A stretch of 19,738 nt of DNA from Octopus sinensis (lineage: Eukaryota): the NCBI RefSeq assembly GCF_006345805.1, contig NW_021824154.1:1-19738 (forward strand). The letters run 5' to 3'. A model generated the notes under the pieces. That model had not been told where the DNA came from, did no database searches, and saw only the letters and a list, made by a program, of their open reading frames with translations. This document shows, in pieces, positions 1 through 9,119 of the stretch. A program made the position numbers and the translations under genes. Position 1 is the first letter of the stretch, and every line of letters starts with the position of its first letter.

Positions 1-270
1 GTCCAGGGAGGCTTTGAACAAAGCGGTCGTCGGCATCTTCACCATCTCGTCTGGCAGCTTGTTCCACGGATCTGCAACCCGGACGGAGAAAGCTCCTCTC
101 CTTCGATTGAGATGAAATCGTCGCAGGTAGAGCTTTTCGGAATGACCCCGCAGCCGACGCTCTGGAGCAGGAGTTAAGAACAGCTCTTTCGAGAGGTTAC
201 ACTTTCCGCTTATGATGTTGTGGGCGAGAATGAGATCACCACGGCGGCGGCGTTTTTCAAGAGAATAACG
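1..270 (-). mobile_element. CR1-clade LINE fragment, C-terminal end of ORF2 (continues past the window edge)
   Basis: Minus-strand translation RYSLEKRRRRGDLILAHNIISGK...LRGHSEKL...RRGAFSVRVADPWNKLPDEMVK...FKASLD matches the CR1 ORF2 C-terminal pattern (SLE.RR.RGD; RGH..KL; FS.RV...WN.LP). Confidence 0.85.
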
Positions 271-288
271 TGTATGTGTATGTGTGTA

Positions 289-1057
289 GGGGTCGATGGG
301 TAAATTGTCATCGTTTTATATTTTCAATTTCGAGTATGCGCATTGTATTTTTTTTCATCTACAACACAGTATAGTAGTTCCCGTTTGGCACCGTCTGTGA
401 GAAAAACAGCACCATGACGCAATTCACACGGCCAGAAATTTGGAAACGACATGCTGTACTGCTTGTCATTCGCGCCGGAAGCTCCAATACGAACACTTCA
501 GATTTTTAGGGTTTCTTTCTGAGGACATGTATCGAGAGTGATAACAATCAAACATCCAGCCAACATCGTGGGGTTTGGAGTGATCACTAGCGATAGTGAC
601 GTTATGCCTCCATTCATCTTCGCACAAGGCCTCAGACTCAACACAGAGGTAGTGCTGCCCTGGGTCAAGGGGTTGGCTACTGGAAGACCCTGTCTGGCAA
701 CAGGATCCTGCACCACACAACACAAGCAGGAGGACCCAGTCATGGCTCTGAGATAATTTCTGCGAGCACATCGCCCGTTGTGGGGCGCAGTTGAGTGAGA
801 GACCAACAAAACTCCTTGTAACACCAAAGACGAACTGAATGCAAGGATCATAGCAGCATTCACAAACTTAAACAAATAGACCGTCCAGGAGGGCTGTAGG
901 AGATTCCGAAGTGGTCTAGACGCCGTGGTCGAAACCAATGGGGATTTTATTGAATAAATTTACTCTTTAATATTTGAAGATATTTCTCTGTAATTTTGGC
1001 AAATATATCTCTTAAAACGAGATGTCAGTGTTATTTTCCTTTTGCGTATTTGGACAT
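289..1057 (+). mobile_element. Degenerate, internally deleted Tc1/mariner transposon (maT/DD37D-like); transposase remnant about 414-957
   Basis: Starts after TA at 287-288. ATG at 414 (MTQFTRPEIWKRHAVLL), then KHPANIVGFGVITSDSDVMPPFIF, frameshifted WQQDPAPH, WGAVE*ETNKTP and terminal RFRSGLDAVVETNGDFIE* (TAA 955-957). Contains stops, frameshifts and deletions; no right TIR seen. Confidence 0.8.
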
Positions 1058-1088
1058 TGTATATATTATATAATATATATATATTATA

Positions 1089-1131
<43 letters not shown>

Positions 1132-1138
1132 ACACAGA

Positions 1139-1178
<40 letters not shown>

Positions 1179-1232
1179 CACATATGTAATATATATATAT
1201 AATATACATATATGTATGTATGTATATATATA

Positions 1233-1276
<44 letters not shown>

Positions 1277-1355
1277 ATATATATATATAATATATAATAT
1301 ATATATATTATATGTATATATATATGCGGGGTGCGGTGAATATATATATATATAC
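1058..1355. repeat. Compound (TA)n/(CA)n microsatellite
   Basis: Directly visible dinucleotide runs. Confidence 0.95.
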
Positions 1356-1643
1356 AAGACACTCACTTATACATATATTCCATATAGAGCTAGAAAGATG
1401 TACGTTTATACAAATACGCATACATAGGAGTGGACGAGTGTGTGTATGTGCGTGCGCCTATCCGTGAGTGTGTGGGTGTGTGTGTGTGTGGTGTTGATAT
1501 TCTATGGTTTTCTGCTTGAGGCCAGTATGAAGGACATCGACCTGTTTAGTGTCGGTATTTATTCTTTAAATTCTTCATCAAATAAACAATAATAAACCGC
1601 TGAAAGACGCTGGAATCATCTAGAGTGATTTTCCTTCTGGCAA

Positions 1644-1836
1644 GTGTGTGTCTGTGTGTGCGTGTGTCAGGTATTTGTATGTGTGTGTGTGTGTGTGTGT
1701 GTTTGTGTGTCTGTGTGCATGCACGCGTCTCTGCATGTGTGTATACATGTGTGTTTGTATATGTATAAATATACATGCATATACACAATACTCTACACAC
1801 ATGTATTATATATATATATATATATGAATATATATA

Positions 1837-1916
<80 letters not shown>

Positions 1917-2130
1917 ATATATATGAATATACATATATATATTAGAGAGAGAGAGACAGAGACAAAGAGAGACTCATACATAGTTACTCACATACACATT
2001 TACATAAGTATGCATGCATATTTGTGTATATACATACACACACACACACACATGTAGTTGTATATGCATATATATGTGAGTGCAATTATGTGCATGCGTG
2101 TGCTTATGTGTGTGTGCGTGCATATGTGTA
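1644..2130. repeat. Compound (TG)n/(TA)n/(GA)n/(CA)n microsatellite
   Basis: Directly visible dinucleotide runs. Confidence 0.95.
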
Positions 2131-2268
2131 TCATATTTGCCACATTCATGGAGATCATGCAAATCTCATGCAGCATTACTACATGATATGTTTTTCTATG
2201 CTACTTTCCTATATATACCGAACATATTACGTTGTGTATAGAAAGTCGAAAAGAGCCTCCCAGTTTTT

Positions 2269-2662
2269 CTGGCCGAAATGTTAGCACGCCGGGCGAAATA
2301 TTCAGCGGTATTTCGTCTGCCGCTACGTTCTGAGTTCAAATTCCGCCGAGGTCTCGATTTTGCCTTTCATCATTTCGGGGTCGATTAAATAAGTACCAGT
2401 TACGCACTGAGGTCGATATAATCGACTTATTTCTTTTTTCTGTCCTTGCTTGTCCTCTCTGTGTTTAGCCCCTTGTGGGTAGTAAAGAAATAGGTATTTT
2501 GTCTGTCTTTACGTCCTGAGTTCAAATTTACGCCGAGGTCGACTTTGCCTTTCATCCTTTCGGGGTCGATAAATTAAGTACCAGTTGCGTACTGGAATCA
2601 ATCTAATCGACTAGCCCCTTTCCCCCCAAATTTGCGGCCTTGTGCCTAGAATAGAAAAGAAT
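2269..2662 (+). mobile_element. Dimeric tRNA-derived SINE (family A): monomer 1 at 2269-2492, 5'-truncated monomer 2 at 2493-2662
   Basis: The B-box-like GAGTTCAAAT and the body GAGGTCGACTTTGCCTTTCATCCTTTCGGGGTCGATAAATTAAGTACCAGTT each occur twice (first copy slightly diverged). The same body recurs at about 6730, 11950 and 16518. Confidence 0.85.
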
Positions 2663-2677
2663 ATATATATATATATA

Positions 2678-3410
2678 TTGGGTCATCCCATAAATAATGC
2701 GGTTTTTTCAATTACATGAACAAAAGTCGGAGGGTGGCGGGATAAACTACCTACATCAACTTGCTATAAAGGCAGGTAGTAATTTTACCTTGTACTTATT
2801 CTTAGGGTAAATTCTGAAGAGTGCAGTTCGATTTTAACAGTTATTTTTCCAAAGCTATAATGGAAGTAACAAAGGAGCATATTCGGCATATTTTGCTTCA
2901 TGAGGCAACCACGCAACGGAAAGTGCAAGGTATATTAATGCAGTATATGGGAATTGGACAATAAGCATAAGCCAGTGTCAACGATGGTTCTAGAAATTCC
3001 GAGCCGGAAACTACAGGCTGGAGGATGAGCTTCGTCCTGGAAGTTCGGTAGAGCTCGACGAGGACATCCTGCAAACCCTGGTGGAACAAAATCATATCGT
3101 AACTGTTGAGGAACTTGCAGAGATACCTGGATTTGGTCATTCAACCATTCATCGACACCTGCGGGCCATCGAAAAAGTAAGCAAATTGGGTCATTGGGTT
3201 CCTAACAAACCTTCCGAGTCTAGTCGTGCACAGAGAGTGAATGTGTGCTGTTCTTTGCTGCCATGTTTCACGAATGAACCTTTTTTTGGACCGAATAGCG
3301 GCTGGTGACGAGAAATGGGTTCTCTATAAAAATGTCAAGCGCCGAAGACAGTGAGTAAGAAAAGGGAAAAAAACACCGGTACTTCAAGCTAAAGAAGGTC
3401 TTCACTCAAG
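2678..3410 (+). mobile_element. 3'-truncated mariner element; transposase pseudogene from ATG 2860
   Basis: TA then TIR-like TTGGGTCATCCCATAAATAATGCGG. Translation MEVTKEHIRHILL...QRWF*KFRAGNYRLEDELRPG...KLGHWVPNKP (WVPHEL motif)...GDEKWVLYKN (first catalytic D). Stops and frameshifts present. Confidence 0.9.
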
Positions 3411-3574
3411 TAAGGGATCTTTGGCAGGCAGGACACCCCACGCATTGAAACTTAAAGAGGTAACAAAAACAGGACATTTGATGATCATAGGACAGAGATT
3501 GGCAGAAGAAGAATTAGATATAACAGAGATGGTGTAAAACCATATGAGAAAAAGGTTTAGCGATAGTGTTCTCG

Positions 3575-3905
3575 GTGGTGGTGGTGGTGGTGATGGTGGT
3601 GGTGGTGGTGGTGGTGATGGTAGTGTTGGTAGTGGTGTTGGCGGCGGCGGGTGAGGGGGGTTGCTGGTGTTGGTAACCGTGGTGATGCTGATCGTCGTTG
3701 TTGTCATGGTCGTGGCCGTCATCGTCGCCCTTTAGTAATTACCGTTGAGGTGCACGCAGTGATGATGGTATTGAAGATTCACTGTTGATGCTGTTACTGC
3801 TATTGATGCTGTTGTTGCTGATGTCACTGTTGATGAATGCGTTGCAGTAGTAGTTGTTGTTGTTGCTGTTATTTTTGTTGTCGTAGTTCTTGTTTTTGCA
3901 GCTGA
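3575..3905. repeat. (GGT)n/(GTT)n/(GCT)n trinucleotide low-complexity tract
   Basis: Visible trinucleotide runs; they account for the poly-Pro/Thr ORF 3402-3722. Confidence 0.85.
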
Positions 3906-4012
3906 TACCATTGTGAAATAATAGCTACGATGCGTTGTTTTAAAACCATTTGAAATAAAGTGAAAAAGACGAAACCAACAACTAACTATATACGTACATC
4001 TATATTATAAGA

Positions 4013-4375
4013 TGTTACAAGGATGTTTGCAAAAGGGACATGAAGGCCTGCAACATCAATATTAGCGGTTGGGAGGCAATTGCCGGCAACCGTGGAGACT
4101 GGCGACGTACCGTAAGAGAGGGAATACACAGGAGTGACAGAGAGAGAGAGGAGAAATGGAAAGACAAGAAAAGACGTCAACAAGAAACTATGGCATTACA
4201 ACCAGCCAGGAACAGTCTTCGCTACATTTGCGGTACCTGCTAGAGGGAGTGTTTGTCCAGGATAGGACTACACAGCCACAGCAGGAAATGTATCAGGACA
4301 TGAAATGTAAAAGCCGGACTAGATTACTTTATGCGCAACTCCATTGTCTCCCGAGACAAAAAGGATGCCGACCTA
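4013..4375 (+). mobile_element. 5'-truncated RTE-clade LINE (ORF C-terminus plus 3' UTR) with 11-bp target-site duplication
   Basis: YKDVCKRDMKACNINISGWEAIAGNRGDWRRTVREG...YICGTC*RECLSRIGLHSHSRKC is the RTE terminal zinc-finger pattern. 3' stem-loop TTGTCTCCCGAGACAA. ATATTATAAGA occurs at 4002-4012 and 4376-4386. Confidence 0.88.
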
Positions 4376-4660
4376 ATATTATAAGAGACATGCTGAAAAC
4401 TGATCTCCGTCTAACTGCAGGTCACAACAAATATGTAGAAGAAGTGAAAAAAGGGGAGGAGAAAAACTTGTTGCTGTTGAGAGAGAGAGAGAGAGAGAAT
4501 TGTGTAAAAGATAGATAGATAGGTAGCGTTGCCACCATAGTAACTAACAAGGTTTGGTTACAACGCAACAAAAACTTCAAAAAATACTTTTATTATAACT
4601 CAGTCTACTTTTAGCTGGCCATCCCTGTCATTTCTCAGTCACACACACACGCATATATAT

Positions 4661-4702
<42 letters not shown>

Positions 4703-4704
4703 GT

Positions 4705-5009
4705 GGAGGCGCAATGGCCTAGTGTTTAGGGCAGTGGACTCGCGGTCGCAGGATCGCGGTTTCGATTCCCAGACCGGGCGTTGTGAGTGTTTATTGAGCG
4801 AAAACACCTAAAAGCTCCACGAGGCTCCGGCAGGGGGTGGTGATCCCTGCTGTACTCTTTCACCACTCTTTCTCCCACTCTTTCTTCTGTTGGCCTGCTC
4901 GCTTAGCCAGCGGGATGGCGTCATTCGATGGCTAAAACAATGCGAACGCATTGTGACCAGCGATGTGTAACAACATCTGATGGTCTGGTCGGTCACGTGA
5001 TCACGTGAT
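4705..5009 (+). mobile_element. Full-length tRNA-Arg-derived SINE (octopus OR-type by recollection)
   Basis: A-box TGGCCTAGTG, anticodon-arm-like GGAC-TCG-CGGTC, B-box GGTTTCGATTCC, about 230-nt body and 3' tandem (CACGTGAT)x2. Inserted in a (TA)n tract. Confidence 0.85.
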
Positions 5010-5067
5010 ATATATACATATATATATATTTATATATACGAGAAAGAAGCAACAAGAATGGATTGGT

Positions 5068-5158
5068 TTTTAGTACAATTGTTTCATACAAAGACAGGCT
5101 TTATTACAAGTTGCAAAAATTGCAGCAGATAAAAGTGTCCCGTACTCATCAGCTAAAA
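5068..5158 (-). ncRNA. Type I hammerhead ribozyme with intact core, in a ~120-bp element (about 5040-5165) embedded in (TA)n
   Basis: Minus strand reads UUUUAG-CUGAUGA-GUACGGGACA...UGUCUUUGUAU-GAAA-CAAUUG-UA-CUAAAA. It has a 6-bp stem I, exact CUGAUGA and GAAA core, long stem II, palindromic stem III ACAAUUGU and a GUA cleavage triplet. Confidence 0.85.
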
Positions 5159-5435
5159 TACAATATTTATATATATATACATATATATATATAAAATACA
5201 ATATTTATATATATATATATACATATATATATATAAATATATATATTTATTTATTTATACATACATACATAATACATATAATTTGAGTTGCGTTTATCTA
5301 TTTCTATGTGTATGTGTCAGTGTGTGTGTTTCTATATATCTTTGAACGTATCGGCAACGCAACACAGACTTTAAAACACTCTGTCGTTGTTGTTGTTGAA
5401 AGGTAAGTGCAGTGAGAGAGAAAGAGAATGTGTGT

Positions 5436-5502
<67 letters not shown>

Positions 5503-5503
5503 G
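5436..5503. repeat. (GATA)n microsatellite
   Basis: Perfect GATA run. Confidence 0.97.
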
Positions 5504-6138
5504 GATGTATTTGTCACCATAGTGACTAACAAGACTTTCACTGTATAACACTCTATATAGTACAGGCCGTACTATATGAGGTCCATTATAAATAGTTTCA
5601 ATAATAATGTCCGTATTATTGCTACCCACGGCTGACCAGATTATATAAAGCTAGATATTGTTCAATGAGTATAATTCTTCTATAGAATATAAGAAAATAA
5701 GTATTTTAAATAAATGTTAATTTTCAACATCATTCAAACTGTTATCAATCTTCACCTAGAAAGTCAATCTAAGCAGTATTTGGACAATTTATGAAGATAT
5801 ATGCACGATCAATAATTATTTTTACCGGCAGTGTAGCGACGGATACCAACCTAGTTATAATAACAATAAGGAGAATTTTCTATGCAGAATGAAACATATT
5901 TTGAAGTACAAGCGCAGTCGTTTACATCGGCCCCAGAAATAATAATGATAATCATGACAATAATAGCTATAATACTAAATAAATATTTAAAGGAAAAGGT
6001 CTCCCATAATTACGCGGATGCTAACTGGAGATAGAAGTGAATAATGAAAATGGGAAGGCAAATTATGATGGGCTATCAGATGAAGGCTTGCTATAAGAGA
6101 TAGATAAATAGATGGAGGGAAAGAATTTGAGAGAAAGA

Positions 6139-6186
6139 GAGGGAAGATGAAAGAGAGGGAAGATGAAAAAGAGGGAAGATGAAAGA
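6139..6186. repeat. 16-bp purine-rich minisatellite, 3 copies (GAGGGAAGATGAAAGA)
   Basis: Units at 6139, 6155 and 6171 with one mismatch. Confidence 0.85.
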
Positions 6187-6643
6187 GAGAGAAGGTGGGG
6201 AAAATGAAATTGCCGGCCAATTTTTTTTTGCTTTATGCTTTATCTAGGTGGGAGGTGATAGAAAAATAAAAATGGCAGAATAAAAAAAGAATAGAGAAAA
6301 TTGTATGTATGATGTTTTAATAAAGATAGCAAGCTATAGAGGGAATGAGAGCGATTGAGTGCGAAATGTTTAACGGACGCAATTTCAAGCAAATCGGGAA
6401 GAACGCAGATTTTGCAAGCAGTTATAATGGAGGAAATCAAAAGGAAAATAAAGAAATGATAACAATATAAACAATACAAACAATTTTGAAAACATAACTG
6501 AAAGTTGAAAGACGGAATTAAACGATAATTTTAAAATTTCGAATTATAGCAAAGAATATAAAATTAAATAAAGGTTATATAGTAGCATGCACAAGTCTGT
6601 ATTCAAGACTACCCGTCAATGTGTTATCTACATATATGTGTGT

Positions 6644-6875
6644 AAGACGGTGAGCTGGCAGAACCGTTAACACGCCGGGCGAAATGCGTAGCCGTATTTC
6701 GTCTGCTGTTACGTTCTGAGTTCAAATTCCGCCGAGGTCGACTTTGTCTTTCATCCTTTCGAGGTCGATAAATTAAATACCAGTTAAGCACTGGGGTCGA
6801 TGTAATCGTCTTAATCCGTTTGTCTGTCCTTTTTTGTCCACTCTACGTTTAGCCCCTTGTGGGTAGTAAAGAAAC
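6644..6875 (+). mobile_element. Full-length tRNA-derived SINE (family A monomer, tail type 1)
   Basis: A-box-like TGGCAGAACCGTTAA, B-box GAGTTCAAATTCC, shared body and tail ...GCCCCTTGTGGGTAGTAAAGAAA. Possible TSD ATATATGTGTGT at 6632-6643 and 6878-6889 (low complexity). Confidence 0.88.
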
Positions 6876-6928
6876 ATATATATGTGTGTGTATGCGTGGA
6901 GAGAGAGAGAGGGAGGGGGAGAGAGATA

Positions 6929-7565
6929 CGAGGATAGGCTGAAAAGTTCATATGCTGACTATGAAGGATTGATGCTAGAGCTGTGATATCTTACAAGTAT
7001 TAAGTTCAGCCCTTCTTATTAATAACTATATTGTTTCTTCCTAGGTAAACTGACATCTGACTGTTCAAAGAGGGCTTGAAAAATAACTGGTATCGCCTTG
7101 TCTTGTAAATCGAGAAAATTTGGCATCACATGTGTTATCAAGAACCTTCACAAAAGCGGTTTAGCTCCCAAGGACACTCACCCTTCTCTGATATGGTTGC
7201 TACGCTGGGGAATGACACTCCAACTTTATCAACTGTGCAAAAGTGGACAGCTGAATTTATAAGGTGAAGGGTGAGTCTTAAAGTTGACCCCAGATTTGGG
7301 GTTTGCGACTCGACTCCCGTCACTTAGGAAAATATTGATCGTGTTCACCACATGGTGGTGGCTGATTGACAATGAGCTATAAACTAAACAGTCAATGTTA
7401 TTAGCATATCCCATGAGAGTTGAGAATATTCTACTCAATGAACTTGGCACGACGAAGGTCTCTTCCAGTGGGTACCATGCCTTCTAACACCTGATCAAAA
7501 GCGCATGAGGCTGATCAGATAACGGGAAAATTTGATAGTTTGGGGCAGATCCAGCTGGTTCCCTC
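6929..7565 (+). mobile_element. Degenerate, 3'-truncated mariner element (irritans-like)
   Basis: TA then CGAGGATAGGCTGAAAAGTTC TIR-like start. Decayed frames read DMVATLGNDTPTLSTVQKWTAEF...ENIDRVHHMV...ENILLNELG...QWVPCLLTPDQKRMR (WVPxxL motif). Confidence 0.82.
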
Positions 7566-7605
7566 CAACCACAATTCTTCTGCGTCCATATACTATACTT
7601 TTATG

Positions 7606-7657
<52 letters not shown>

Positions 7658-7695
7658 CATATATAAAATAATATGTTACAATTACTCAATAGTCA

Positions 7696-7758
7696 AGATA
7701 AAACTCTGAGTTTCAGATGCCGAAGTGGAAATCCACAACACCATCTCTTCGGTTATCT
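7696..7758 (-). ncRNA. Type I hammerhead-like ribozyme, near-intact core
   Basis: Minus strand reads AGAUAA-CCGAAGA-GAUG...CAUC(U)-GAAA-CUCAGAG-UU-UUAUCU. 6-bp stem I, core with U4>C, quasi-palindromic stem III ACUC-A-GAGU and GUU triplet. Adjacent to a (TA)n tract. Confidence 0.65.
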
Positions 7759-8250
7759 GGCCATCTGAACAAACGCTATGAAAAATACCGTTATATAAAG
7801 GGAAATTACTGTGTTATAATTCTGCTACTTATATAAAATAAGATTAAAAGTTCATAGTAAACACGTAAACATGGCTAGTCATACGCTCACATGTGCGCTC
7901 GCGGACCCACGTGCGTACTTATAAGTCACTATGAAAACGTACACATCTTCACTCGCATTTTTTGCCAAATATATACGCATATATATACAAACTCATACAT
8001 ACACACATGCGTACCGTAAAAGTTCATACATACGTCTATATACGGACAAGCACAAGAAAAAACATGGTTAAAGGTAACAATACAGAAAAAACATAAGGAA
8101 GTATACAAAGCGTAAAAACCACGTTCATATATGGCCATGCCCTTATGCACTCATACAAACACACGCCCATAGATGTACATACCCACACATGTTTATATAC
8201 GCATACACACACACGCATATACAAAAAATGAATATACATATGCCCCGCCC

Positions 8251-8315
8251 CTCAAAATTCAGCAAAAACCCAAAGCTTATTTTTAGGCTTTGGTTTTTTG
8301 CTGAATTTTCTTGAG
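8251..8315. other. Near-perfect hairpin (26-bp stem, 4-nt loop)
   Basis: Arm 8254-8279 is the reverse complement of 8284-8309 except for one mismatch and one G-U pair. Confidence 0.85.
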
Positions 8316-8462
8316 AACACATTCTCCGTGGAAAATGACGATTTTGACGTCTATATCTAGCATACAGGCTGTCCACTTTTAGTGGTCATTCCTCTAAATT
8401 TTGTATATATAAATATATACATATATAAAAGATATTATATATAAATATATATACATATATAT

Positions 8463-8503
<41 letters not shown>

Positions 8504-8621
8504 GTATATATGCATGTGTATACATTTGTGTGTGTATTAATATATATTCTGATTGAATGCTCCGTGTGTTAACATGTACCTCCTTATGACAATGTAAACT
8601 TCATTTAATGAAGATACCCTT

Positions 8622-8705
8622 GGCCTGAAGTGTAGCCTACGGTATACACCTCGCTTGGGTATTTACTACTTTCAAGGTCCCGGTAGCTATGAAACATATG
8701 TAGCC
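8622..8705 (+). ncRNA. Type I hammerhead-like ribozyme upstream of the Penelope-like ORF
   Basis: GGC-CUGAAGU-GUAGC...GCUAU-GAAA-CAUAUG-UA-GCC. 3-bp stem I, core with A9>U, 59-nt stem II domain, palindromic stem III ACAUAUGU and GUA triplet. Confidence 0.7.
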
Positions 8706-9119
8706 CGGATTTCATCTACTCCATTCCTTAACCCTTGGATTTTTATTCGCATATCTGACAATCCTGGCTGCCTACCGTGAAATATAAAGTAATTTTTTTC
8801 AGCTTATCATACACCGATACGAAAAAATCCACAACTCTACGTCCCAATAAACCACTATTGTCTCTGGAAGTTGTTTTATATATTTTCTACGGATTGATTG
8901 AAACACCTTCTCACACCTTGCTCCTTCGACCTTATATTTATATATATAAAGCACACAATATACATAGTTTTAATATATTTTTAAAAAATTATTTTATAAG
9001 TGAAAGAGTATTGTGTTTGTCGACCGATTTCACTTTCACTAATCATGACATTGAATTTATTGTAATTTCGTATTTTCTTAAGAAGATTTTCGTCCATGTT
9101 CTTTGTGGTGAAGTTCCAA

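Noticed and set aside
1495-1643. Minus-strand TTGATGA...GAAA as a further hammerhead
   Set aside because: The core is mutated and stems I-III cannot be paired convincingly.
2330-2590. Repeated ~60-bp motif as a CRISPR-like array
   Set aside because: The copies are SINE bodies dispersed through a eukaryotic window, with no regular repeat-spacer periodicity.
3402-3722. Proline/threonine-rich ORF resembling an extensin or formin
   Set aside because: Derived from the (GGT)n tract; no domain or splice support.
4705-4780. tRNA-Arg gene
   Set aside because: The acceptor stem does not pair and the sequence continues into a SINE body, so it is a SINE head.
5369-5408. Plus-strand splice donor AG/GTAAGT
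   Set aside because: No convincing upstream acceptor, and it lies in a duplicated low-complexity block.
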